NCBI GenBank assembly: GCA_040882425.1
Contig: JBBEBJ010000242.1
Span: forward strand, 1 to 49,840
Origin: Chloroflexota bacterium
GTDB taxonomy: Bacteria; Chloroflexota; Limnocylindria; Limnocylindrales; CSP1-4
DNA length: 49,840 bases
Direction: 5' to 3'
Each line of letters opens with the position of its first letter. Position 1 is the first letter of the stretch. Positions 18,253 through 26,197 of the stretch are shown here, in pieces. The position numbers and the translations under genes were made by a program. Under the pieces are notes generated by a model. The model was not told the origin of the DNA. It did no database searches and worked only from the letters and a program-made list of their open reading frames with translations.

Positions 18253-19631
18253 CGGTCGTCGTCCCGGAAGCGGATCTCGACGGCCTCGCGGTGGGCCAGG
18301 AGGCCCTCGGCCTCGGCCAGCGTCCCGATCGTCTCGCGGATGCCGGCCAGCCCTTCGCGGGTGACCCGCTGGATCTGGGTGAACTTGCCGTAGGTCTCGA
18401 CCGCGAGGGCGCCCGACGCGCGCGCCAGGCCGCCGGTGGGCAGGACGTGGTTGGCGCCCGTCGCGTAGTCGCCGGCGGACTCCGCCGCCCATCGACCAGC
18501 GAAGATCGAGCCGGCGTTCACGAGGCGATCGATCGTGGGGTCGAGGGGTTCGACGTCGACCGACAGGTGCTCCGGCGCGTAGTCGTTGACGAAGGCGACG
18601 GCGGCATCGAGCGAGGGGGCGAGCGCGATGTGACCGTGATCGCGGAGGGCGGCGGCCAGGATGTCGCGCCGCGAGGCGCGCTCAAGGGCATCGTTCACGG
18701 CTGCCTCGACGGCGTCCGCAAAGTCAGCATCCGTGGTCACGAGGATCGCCGGCGAATCGGGTCCGTGTTCGGCCTGAGTGATGAGATCGGCGGCGACGCG
18801 TGCCGGGTCGGCCGGCGGCGAGGCGAGGACCATGCCCTCCGACGGTCCGGCCGGCAGGTCGATGCCGACTTCCCCGACGACCTCGATCTTGGCGGCGGTC
18901 ACCCAGGCGTTGCCAGGCCCGACGATCCGGTCCACCGGCGGGAGGCCGACGCCGGGTAGGCCATAGGCGAGCGCGCCGATGGCCTGGGCGCCGCCGGCCA
19001 CGATGAATGAGTCGACCTCGAGCAGTCCCGCTGCACCGAGAAGGACCGGGTTGGTCACGCCGTCCCGGTCGGCCGGCGACGCGACGATGACGGTACCGAC
19101 GCCGGCGACCTGCGCCGGCACGATGGTCATGATCAGCGACGACGGGTACGGCGCCGAGCCGCCCGGAACGTATGCGCCGACGCGCGACAGCGGCTGCCAG
19201 CGGCGCTCGATCTCGATCCCGGGCGCGATCGTCGTCGTGGTGGACACCGGTCGCTGGGTTTCGGCGAACCGGCGGACGTTTGCGATCGCCTGGTCCAGGG
19301 CGCGGCGGGTTCGAGCCGGGAGGCGGTCGCGGGCGGCCATGAGCTCGGCTGGTTCGGCCAGGAGTCGCCCGTCCGCGCGGCCGCCGCCGAACTCGCCGTT
19401 GGCTGTGCGGACCGCGGCGTCGCCGCCGGTCCGGACCGCGGCGAGGGTCAGCCTGGCCGATTCGCGGACTGCCGGGTCGGGAACGGCACCGCGCCGGACG
19501 AGCGCGGTGTACGCGCGTCTGGCCGCAGGATCACCTTGGGCGACGGCACCCAGGTCGATCCGCCGCAGGCGCAAGGGGGCGCCCGGCGGGCCTGCGGTCG
19601 GGGTCGCGGATGCGCGCGTCGAGGTGCTCAC
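18249..19631 (-). CDS. hisD: Histidinol dehydrogenase
   Basis: ..PLSRVGAYVPGGSAPYPSSLIMTIVPAQVAGV..QAEHGPDSP..APEHL..GDYATGANHVLPTGG. GTG 19631 overlaps the hisG stop (GTGA). Confidence 0.93.
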   Translation of the reverse strand: MSTSTRASATPTAGPPGAPLRLRRIDLGAVAQGDPAARRAYTALVRRGAVPDPAVRESARLTLAAVRTGGDAAVRTANGEFGGGRADGRLLAEPAELMAARDRLPARTRRALDQAIANVRRFAETQRPVSTTTTIAPGIEIERRWQPLSRVGAYVPGGSAPYPSSLIMTIVPAQVAGVGTVIVASPADRDGVTNPVLLGAAGLLEVDSFIVAGGAQAIGALAYGLPGVGLPPVDRIVGPGNAWVTAAKIEVVGEVGIDLPAGPSEGMVLASPPADPARVAADLITQAEHGPDSPAILVTTDADFADAVEAAVNDALERASRRDILAAALRDHGHIALAPSLDAAVAFVNDYAPEHLSVDVEPLDPTIDRLVNAGSIFAGRWAAESAGDYATGANHVLPTGGLARASGALAVETYGKFTQIQRVTREGLAGIRETIGTLAEAEGLLAHREAVEIRFRDDDR

Positions 19632-20488
19632 GGGACGATCTTCTCGATCGGCAGCACGAGGATGCCGGATGCCCCGGCCGCCTTGAGACGCGGTAGAAGG
19701 TCCCACACGTCGTCGGCCCCAACGACCGAGTGGATGGCGATCATGCCGGCGTGCGCGAGCGGGATGACCGTCGGGGACTCCAGGGCCGGCAGCAGCTCCT
19801 CGATCTCGGCGAGGGTCGTCGCGGGTGCGTTCATCATCAGGTACTTGCGGTCGCGCGCGGCGATCACCGCGGTCAGCATCGTGTCGATCGCGGTGAGCTC
19901 GGCCGTCCGCTCCCGGTAGGCCTTCGGATTGGCCACGAGAACCGCTTCGGACGACAGGACGTCGCCGACCTGGCGCAGGCCGTTCATGACCAGCGTCGAA
20001 CCCGTCGACACGAGATCGACGATCGCCTCGGCGAGACCGAGGCGCGGCGCCACCTCGACCGCGCCGGAGATCGGGATGATTTCGACGGGTATCCCTTGCT
20101 CTTCGAAGAAGCGGCGCGCCGCGTTGGGATGGGCGGTCGCAACACGCAGGCCTGCGAGGTCGGTCACGCCCTGGTACGGCGAGTCGTTCGGGACGGCGGC
20201 GGCGAGGCGGCAGCGCCCGTAGCCGAGCGACCTGACACGTGGCAGTTCCGCTCCCGCCTCGCAGATCAGGTCGTCGCCGGTGACACCCAGGTCGGCGACG
20301 CCATCGCCGACGAACTCGATGATGTCGTTGGTCCTGACGAACAGGATGTCGAGCTCGTAGTTCTGGACCTTCGCGACCAACATCCGGTCGTGCTCGTCGA
20401 AGATCAGGCCGGCGTCATGGAGGAGCCGGAGGGTGGGCTCGACGAGGCGACCCTTGTTCGGGATGGCGAGCCTGAGGCGCGGACTCAT
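19628..20488 (-). CDS. hisG: ATP phosphoribosyltransferase (long form with C-terminal regulatory domain)
   Basis: LRLAIPNKGRLVEPTLRLL..DILFVRTNDIIEFVGDGVADLGVTGDDL..VDLVSTGSTL.., about 286 aa. ATG 20488 overlaps the upstream regulator's stop (ATGA). Confidence 0.93.
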   Translation of the reverse strand: MSPRLRLAIPNKGRLVEPTLRLLHDAGLIFDEHDRMLVAKVQNYELDILFVRTNDIIEFVGDGVADLGVTGDDLICEAGAELPRVRSLGYGRCRLAAAVPNDSPYQGVTDLAGLRVATAHPNAARRFFEEQGIPVEIIPISGAVEVAPRLGLAEAIVDLVSTGSTLVMNGLRQVGDVLSSEAVLVANPKAYRERTAELTAIDTMLTAVIAARDRKYLMMNAPATTLAEIEELLPALESPTVIPLAHAGMIAIHSVVGADDVWDLLPRLKAAGASGILVLPIEKIVP

Positions 20489-20817
20489 CGATCGCCCGCG
20501 ACGGGGTAGGGGGTTGTGCCTGCGCGCGAAGCGGCATCGAGCTTGTCGAGCATGGCCCGGTAGCCCCCTTCGCCGTGGTTGAGCCAGGACGCGATGCGGG
20601 TGATGGTCGCAGTGCTCGCGCCCGTTCGACGCGAGATCTCGGCATAGTGGAGGCCGGCGTCCAGCAGGCGGACGACTGCCCAGCGCTGGGCCATGTCGCG
20701 GAGTTCGCTCAAGGTGCACAGGTCGCGGAAGAAACGTTCCGTCTCGCCGATGTCCTCGAGGCGCAGGATGGCCTCGAAGAGTCCTTCGACGTCGGGAGTC
20801 CGCCAGTCTTCGGCCAT
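20485..20817 (-). CDS. yerC: YerC/YecD-family TrpR-like DNA-binding protein, first cistron of the his operon (HisR-like candidate)
   Basis: LFEAILRLEDIGETERFFRDLCTLSELRDMAQRWAVVRLLDAGLHYAEISRRTGASTATITRIASWLNHGEGGY matches the YerC/YecD TrpR-like family. It is translationally coupled to hisG. Confidence 0.8.
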   Translation of the reverse strand: MAEDWRTPDVEGLFEAILRLEDIGETERFFRDLCTLSELRDMAQRWAVVRLLDAGLHYAEISRRTGASTATITRIASWLNHGEGGYRAMLDKLDAASRAGTTPYPVAGDR

Positions 20818-20842
20818 CGTCTCGGCCGTCCTCTCATATGGT

Positions 20843-20877
20843 TGTAGCGTTGTAGCGTGCTAATACGTTAGCATGCT
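20843..20877. promoter_or_regulatory. Candidate operator in the divergent yerC-his / hisA control region
   Basis: Locally AT-rich 63-bp spacer. It holds a tandem TGTAGCGT x2 (20843-20858). It also holds an inverted repeat AGCGTGCTAA-tacg-TTAGCATGCT (20854-20877, 1 mismatch), with TGCTAA/TTAGCA arms matching perfectly. The repeat overlaps a putative hisA -10 element, TAGCAT 20869-20874. Confidence 0.4.
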
Positions 20878-20880
20878 GAC

Positions 20881-21633
20881 ATGACAGAAGCAAGGCCGTT
20901 TGTGATCCTGCCTGCGATCGACCTGCGCGGCGGCCGGGTCGTCCGGCTCCGGCAGGGGGATTTCGCCCGGGAAATCACCTACAGCGACGACCCGGTCGAG
21001 GTCGCGACAAGGTTTGCGGAGGCGGGAGCGCAATGGCTGCACGTCGTCGACCTGGACGGGGCTCGAGCGGGGGTCCCGGCGCACGGTGCCGCCATCGCCG
21101 CGATCATTGCTGCGGTCGGCGATCGGGCGAAGGTCGAGGTGGCGGGCGGTCTCCGGAACGAAGGCTCGGTCGCGTCCGCGCTCGAAATGGGAGCGGCTCG
21201 TGCCGTCGTGGGGACCACCGCGCTGACCGATCCGGCGTTCGCGGCGCAGATCGTCAGGACCCATGGTCGTGAGCGGATCGCCGTGTCAATCGACGTCCAG
21301 GGCGGTCGGGCCTTCGGCCATGGCTGGACGAACGACACGGCAAGCGTGGATGCGACGGTCGCCATCGAACGACTCGCCGACGCGGGCGTGGCGACGTTCG
21401 AAGTGACGTCGATTGACCGGGATGGCCTCCTCGAAGGCCCGGATCTCGATCTCTACGAGCGACTCGTTGCCCTCGATCGCGGCGCGATCATCGCGTCAGG
21501 AGGCATTCGAACCGGCCAGGACTTCGAGGCGGTGAGGGTGCGGGGCTGCACCGGTGCCATCGTCGGGCGCGCGATCTACGAGGGTCGACTCGACCTGAAA
21601 GCTGTGTTGTCGCCTACCGAGCCACAGGCGTGA
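20881..21633 (+). CDS. hisA: Phosphoribosylformimino-5-aminoimidazole carboxamide ribotide isomerase (HisA/PriA type)
   Basis: ILPAIDLRGGRVVRLRQGDF..WLHVVDLDGA..VEVAGGLR..AVVGTTAL..TSIDRDGLLEGPD..ASGGI is the HisA barrel signature. Confidence 0.93.
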   Translation: MTEARPFVILPAIDLRGGRVVRLRQGDFAREITYSDDPVEVATRFAEAGAQWLHVVDLDGARAGVPAHGAAIAAIIAAVGDRAKVEVAGGLRNEGSVASALEMGAARAVVGTTALTDPAFAAQIVRTHGRERIAVSIDVQGGRAFGHGWTNDTASVDATVAIERLADAGVATFEVTSIDRDGLLEGPDLDLYERLVALDRGAIIASGGIRTGQDFEAVRVRGCTGAIVGRAIYEGRLDLKAVLSPTEPQA

Positions 21634-21655
21634 CCAGGCCCCAGGCCGGAGTCGC

Positions 21656-21709
21656 GGGATCACGCACTGGATCGGGATCACGCACTGGATCGGGATCACG
21701 CACTGGATA
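21656..21709. repeat. Tandem repeat, 18-bp unit x3 (GGGATCACGCACTGGATC)
   Basis: Units at 21656-21673, 21674-21691 and 21692-21709; the last base of unit 3 differs. It starts 23 nt after the hisA stop and abuts the palindrome array. Confidence 0.9.
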
Positions 21710-21957
21710 TTGCCGTGCGAGCAACCAATCGCCGACCCTTGCCGCGGCAGCAAACAAACGCGAGCGGAGGCGCCTCATGTCCTCAAGGCGTGTCACCGAT
21801 TTGCCCCGCCGGCAAGGGATTCAAGCCGCGGTCCACGTCTGACGTCGAGAACACTCCCCAGTTGCTGCAGGTGCAACAGATCGAGTCAGGAGACCGGCCA
21901 CGGCACGTTTGTTTGCTCCGGCAGCAAGGCCAACCCCTGATCTTGCGGCTGCGGCAA
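21710..21957. repeat. Array of six TTGC-N7-GCAA palindromes (module copy 1)
   Basis: Sites at 21710-24, 21739-53, 21801-15, 21862-76, 21913-27 and 21943-57. Gaps between sites are 14, 47, 46, 36 and 15 nt. The 4+4 arms are invariant and the N7 cores are unrelated. The start of track ORF 21710 (TTG) confirms the coordinate register. Confidence 0.85.
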
Positions 21958-21987
21958 CGGATGACGTCACATGACGACTCGTGCGTA

Positions 21988-22043
21988 CCGCCAGGTCTCG
22001 GTCAGTGGCCCGGCGCGCCGCCAGGTCCCGCTCAGTGGCCCGG
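21988..22043. repeat. Imperfect 26-bp tandem duplication spanning the EF-G-like stop codon
   Basis: CCGCCAGGTCTCGGTCAGTGGCCCGG (21988-22013) and CCGCCAGGTCCCGCTCAGTGGCCCGG (22018-22043) differ at 2 positions. The second copy contains the gene's last codons and its TGA. Confidence 0.7.
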
Positions 22044-24128
22044 AACGTGGCCGCCGGCCGCCTCGATCTCCTTGCGGTGCGAGTCGATCACCTTCTCGGC
22101 GATGTGGCCCGGGACGTCGTCGTAGTGGTCCAGCGTCATCGTGAATGAGCCGCGTCCCTGCGCAAGCGACCGGAGCTCCGTCGCGTAACTGGACATCTCG
22201 GCGAGCGGGACATGCGCGCTGATGACCTGCATGTCGTCGGCCGTGTCCATGCCCAGCACGCGACCGCGACGGCCGTTGAGGTCGCGGTTGACCTCGCCCA
22301 TGTAGGCCTCGGGAACCCGGATCTCCACCGCCATGATGGGCTCGAGGAGCGCCGGCCTGGCGTGCTGGACGCCGTCCTTGAGGGCCATGGAGGCGGCGAT
22401 CTTGAATGCCATCTCGTTGGAGTCGACCGGATGGAACGATCCGTCATAGAGCGTGGCCCGGAAGTCGGACAGGGGATACCCGGCGAGCACGCCGCCCTCG
22501 GCGGCCTCGCGGATGCCCTTCTCGACGCCGGCGAAGAACCCCTTGGGCACCGAACCACCCACGATTCGTTCGGCGAACTCGACCCCGCCATCCGGGTTCG
22601 GCTCGAGCTCCAGCCAGACGTCGCCGAACATGCCGTGGCCGCCGGTCTGCTTCTTGTAGCGCCCATGGACCTGGGTCTTGCCGCGGATCGTCTCCTTGTA
22701 CGGCACCCGCGGCGTGTGGGTCGCGATCGCGGCCCCGAACTTGCGCTTGAGCCGCTCGATGATGACCGCGGTGTGGGCCTCGCCCATGGTGCGCAGGACC
22801 TGCTCGCCGGTCGTGCTGCGCTCCAGCCGAACCGTCGGCTCCTCCTCGAGCATTCGGGCCAACGCGGGGCCCATCTTGTCCAGGTCGCCCTTGCTCTGTG
22901 GCTCGATGGCGACGGTCAACGACGGCGCGGGGAACTCGAGCGGCGGCAGCGTGAGTGGCTTCTCGCGGACACTGATCGTGTCACCTGTCTCGGTGACCGA
23001 CAGCTTGGCGACGGCCCCGATCTCGCCGGCTTTGAGCTCGCCGATTGGCTCCTGGTCCTTGCCGTGGAGCAGCAGGAGCTGCCCGATCCGCTCGTCCTCG
23101 CCACGGGTCGAATTCCAGACGTGGGCCTGCGAGCGCAGGGTCCCGGACAGGACGCGCAGGTAGGTCAGCCGACCGACGAACGGATCGGCCGTCGTCTTGA
23201 AGACCCGGGCCAGGAGCGGCCCGGATTCGTCGGCGGGCACCTCGACAGTCTCGCCGGACTTGTCGGTCGCCCTGACCGGTGCCTCGTCCGCGGGGGAGGG
23301 CAGGTAGCGTACGATCGCGTCGAGGAGGGCGCGCAGGCCCATCCCCTTGGTCGCGCTCCCGACGAGGACCGGCGCCAGCACCGAATCCTTGACGCCCTTG
23401 CGCAGGCATGCCTCGAGCTCCGGGTCGGAGATCTCCTCGCCCTCGAGGTACTTCGTCAGCACGTCGTCGTCGGCCTCGGCGGCGGCCTCGAGCAGCTGGT
23501 CCCGACGTCGAGCGACCTCGTCCGCGAGCGCGTCCGGGATCGGGATCTCGACTTCCTTGCCGCCCTCGAGACGCCAGGCCTTGCGGTGGACGAGGTCGAC
23601 GTAGCCCTCGAATGTCTCTGCCGCTCCGATCGCCAGGTGGATCGGCGCGATCTTGGTGCCAAAGGTCGAGCGCAGTGCATCGAGCGCGGCCGACGGGTCG
23701 GCGTTCTCACGGTCGCTCTTGTTGATAAAGAAACACGCCGCGGTGCCGGTCGAACGTCCCAGCGCCACGGCGTGTTCGAGGCCGGCCTCAACGCCGGTCG
23801 AGGCGTCCATCACGAAGAGGACCCCGTCGGTGGCGGCAAACCCTTCGATCACGTCGGCGATGAAGTCGGGATACCCCGGGGTATCGACAAGCGAGGTTCG
23901 GGTCCCGTCCGACTCGAACGTCCCGACCGCGAGACTGAGCGACGCCCTCCGCTTCTGTTCCTCGGGCTCGAAGTCGAGGTGCGCGGTGCCGTCGTCGACG
24001 CGCCCCAGCCGCGTGATCGCACCGGCCCGGAACAGGAGCTGCTCGGCCAGCGTCGTCTTGCCGGCGCCGGCGTGACCCGCCAGGACGACGCTGCGAAGGT
24101 GTGGGAGATCGACGCTCTTCATGGTCAT
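22032..24128 (-). CDS. Elongation factor G-like translational GTPase (EF-G paralog)
   Basis: G-domain motifs AGHAGAGKTT, DTPGYPDF and NKSD. EF-G domains II-V follow (..GRLTYLRVLSGTL.., ..EPIMAVEIRVPEAYMGEV..). ATG 24128 (MTMKS..) has AGGAAGGA upstream. Confidence 0.9.
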   Translation of the reverse strand: MTMKSVDLPHLRSVVLAGHAGAGKTTLAEQLLFRAGAITRLGRVDDGTAHLDFEPEEQKRRASLSLAVGTFESDGTRTSLVDTPGYPDFIADVIEGFAATDGVLFVMDASTGVEAGLEHAVALGRSTGTAACFFINKSDRENADPSAALDALRSTFGTKIAPIHLAIGAAETFEGYVDLVHRKAWRLEGGKEVEIPIPDALADEVARRRDQLLEAAAEADDDVLTKYLEGEEISDPELEACLRKGVKDSVLAPVLVGSATKGMGLRALLDAIVRYLPSPADEAPVRATDKSGETVEVPADESGPLLARVFKTTADPFVGRLTYLRVLSGTLRSQAHVWNSTRGEDERIGQLLLLHGKDQEPIGELKAGEIGAVAKLSVTETGDTISVREKPLTLPPLEFPAPSLTVAIEPQSKGDLDKMGPALARMLEEEPTVRLERSTTGEQVLRTMGEAHTAVIIERLKRKFGAAIATHTPRVPYKETIRGKTQVHGRYKKQTGGHGMFGDVWLELEPNPDGGVEFAERIVGGSVPKGFFAGVEKGIREAAEGGVLAGYPLSDFRATLYDGSFHPVDSNEMAFKIAASMALKDGVQHARPALLEPIMAVEIRVPEAYMGEVNRDLNGRRGRVLGMDTADDMQVISAHVPLAEMSSYATELRSLAQGRGSFTMTLDHYDDVPGHIAEKVIDSHRKEIEAAGGHVPGH

Positions 24129-24218
24129 CGGTTTCGTCGGTCCTTCCTGCTGGTGGGGGACACGGGACGTCCGGGGACGGGGGTGTAGCCATGATAGTCC
24201 GCTATACTCCGGCCCGCG

Positions 24219-24971
24219 ATGTCCGGTCATTCCAAGTGGTCCACGATCAAGCGTCAGAAGGGCGTGACTGACGCCAGGCGCGGTGCCCTCTTCACGAAGG
24301 TCGCCCGGGAGATCTCGGTGGCGGCTCGCCAGGGCGGCGGAGACCCAGATGCGAACTACCGGTTGCGCCTGGCGATCGAGAAGGCCCGCTCCGTCAACAT
24401 GCCGGCCGACAACATCAAGCGCACGATCGACAAGGCGACCGGCGGCGGCGAGGCCGATCAGTACGAGGAGATCGTCTACGAAGGCTACGGTCCGGGTGGC
24501 GTGGCCGTCCTCGTCGAGGCCCAGACCGACAACCGGAACCGGACGGCCGCCGAGGTTCGGTCGGTCTTCACCAAGGCCGGCGGCCAGCTGGCGGGCTCGG
24601 GGGCGGTGGCCTGGCAGTTCGAACCACGCGGCATGATCTCCGTCGCGCGCAACGGTGTGGATGTCGACGAGGTCACGCTCAGCGCGATCGACGCCGGCGC
24701 GGAGGACGTCGATACCGATGATGACGAGGTCATCGGGATCTACACGACGCCGGGCGAGCTCGAGGCGGTCCGCAGGGCGCTCGATGCCGCCGGGGTCGCC
24801 GTCGAGTCGGCCGAGGCGACGATGATCCCCAGGCAGACGGTGGATCTCGATTCGTCGAAGGCGCGGCAGGCGATGCGGCTGGTCGAGCTCCTCGAGGACC
24901 TCGATGACGTCCAGCGCGTGACGGCCAACTTCGAGATCCCCGAGGACGTGTTCGCCGAGGTCGCCGGGTGA
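24219..24971 (+). CDS. yebC: YebC/PmpR-family DNA-binding regulatory protein
   Basis: MSGHSKWSTIKRQKGVTDARRGALFTKVAREISVAARQGGGDPDANYRLRLAIEKAR..NMP is the canonical YebC N-terminus. Confidence 0.95.
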   Translation: MSGHSKWSTIKRQKGVTDARRGALFTKVAREISVAARQGGGDPDANYRLRLAIEKARSVNMPADNIKRTIDKATGGGEADQYEEIVYEGYGPGGVAVLVEAQTDNRNRTAAEVRSVFTKAGGQLAGSGAVAWQFEPRGMISVARNGVDVDEVTLSAIDAGAEDVDTDDDEVIGIYTTPGELEAVRRALDAAGVAVESAEATMIPRQTVDLDSSKARQAMRLVELLEDLDDVQRVTANFEIPEDVFAEVAG

Positions 24972-25585
24972 TCGTCCTGGGCATCGACCCGGGGACGGCG
25001 GCGCTGGGCTACGGGATCGTCGAACGAACCGGTTCGCGGCTGCGCGAAGTTGACCACGGTTGCCTGGTCACGAGTCCGGACCTGAGCTTGCCCGAGCGGC
25101 TGCTCGCGATCCACTCCATCGTCGACGAGCTGCTCAACCTGCACCAGCCGAACCTGCTGGGGATCGAGCGGCTCTTCTTCTCGCGCAACGTCCAGACGGC
25201 GTTCGCGGTGGGCCAGGCTCGCGGGGTCGTGTTGCTCGCGGCCGCACAACACGGGGTAGCGGTCCGCGAGGCCACGCCGAACGAGGTCAAGAGCGCGATC
25301 ACCGGGTACGGCGCGGCGGACAAGGAGCAGGTCCAGCGGATGGTCCAGCTGGTCCTCGGGATGAGCGAGCTGCCCCGACCGGACGACGCCGCGGATGCCC
25401 TGGCGATCGCGACCTGGGTCGCCAACACGGAACGGATCGACCCGACGGGGAGTGGCACGACCGCGACCGCGGGGGTCCTCGACCGGGCGGCCGTGGCGCC
25501 GATCACCCGTGGCGAGACCGGCTATGAGCGGGCCGTCCGCGAGGCCCTCGCGTCGGAGCGTGCCGCCAAGCGCAGCGCGTCGTGA
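24968..25585 (+). CDS. ruvC: Crossover junction endodeoxyribonuclease RuvC
   Basis: IVLGIDPGTAALGYGIVE..LGIERLFFSRNVQTAF.VGQARGV..VKSAITGYGAADKEQVQ.MV..DDAADALAIA. GTG overlaps the yebC stop. It carries a roughly 50-aa C-terminal extension. Confidence 0.93.
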   Translation: MIVLGIDPGTAALGYGIVERTGSRLREVDHGCLVTSPDLSLPERLLAIHSIVDELLNLHQPNLLGIERLFFSRNVQTAFAVGQARGVVLLAAAQHGVAVREATPNEVKSAITGYGAADKEQVQRMVQLVLGMSELPRPDDAADALAIATWVANTERIDPTGSGTTATAGVLDRAAVAPITRGETGYERAVREALASERAAKRSAS

Positions 25586-26181
25586 TTGCCTCGGTTGAGG
25601 GGATCGTCGGTGCGGTCGCGGCCGATTCGCTGGTGATCGAGGTCGGCGGCATCGGCTATCGGGTCTTCGCCGCGCCATCGATCCTTGCTGCGGCCCAGCC
25701 CGGCGGCCGGCTCAAGCTCCACACCTATCACCTCGTTCGCGAGGATCAGCAGGCGCTGTACGGCTTCCGGACCGCGGAGGAGCTGGGCTTCTTCAACCTC
25801 CTCCTGACCGTAACCGGGGTTGGGCCCAAGGTCGCGCTCGCGATCGTCGGCAGCCGACCGACACCCGACCTCCAGCTCGCGATCATGCTCCAGGACCAGG
25901 CGGTCCTCGTGTCGATCCCCGGGATCGGCAAGAAGCTCGCCGACCGGGTCATCTTCGAGCTCAAGGAGAAGGTGGCGGCAGCCGGGGTGGCGGCGGCCGC
26001 GGGTGTCGGGGCGAGCGGGATCGGCGCGGCCGAGAGCGAGGTCGCCGCCGCGCTGCAGGCGCTCGGCTACTCTCTTGCGGAGGCTCGCGAGGCCTCAAGG
26101 GTTGCGCTGGCCGACGCCACGATCGGGGGCACGCTCGAGGACCGGGTCAAGGCCGCGCTGCGGAGCCTGCTCCGGAACTGA
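25582..26181 (+). CDS. ruvA: Holliday junction branch migration complex subunit RuvA
   Basis: MIASVEGIV..VIEVGGIGYRVF..LKLHTYHLVREDQQALYGF..E...F..LL.V.GVGPKVALAI..IPGIGKK.A.R is typical RuvA. Confidence 0.93.
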   Translation: MIASVEGIVGAVAADSLVIEVGGIGYRVFAAPSILAAAQPGGRLKLHTYHLVREDQQALYGFRTAEELGFFNLLLTVTGVGPKVALAIVGSRPTPDLQLAIMLQDQAVLVSIPGIGKKLADRVIFELKEKVAAAGVAAAAGVGASGIGAAESEVAAALQALGYSLAEAREASRVALADATIGGTLEDRVKAALRSLLRN

Positions 26182-26197
26182 TCCGTGGAAACTCGGG

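Noticed and set aside
21902-21916. Sigma-54-like GGCAC-N6-TTGC next to one palindrome
   Set aside because: The GG-to-GC spacing is 13 nt rather than the canonical 12. The equivalent position in module copy 2 lacks GGCAC.
21656-21957. Possible CRISPR array (short palindromic repeats with variable intervening sequence)
   Set aside because: The repeat units are only 15 bp with 8 fixed positions. The 'spacers' are 14-47 bp, and their lengths are conserved between the two copies. No leader or cas genes are present. This is not CRISPR architecture.
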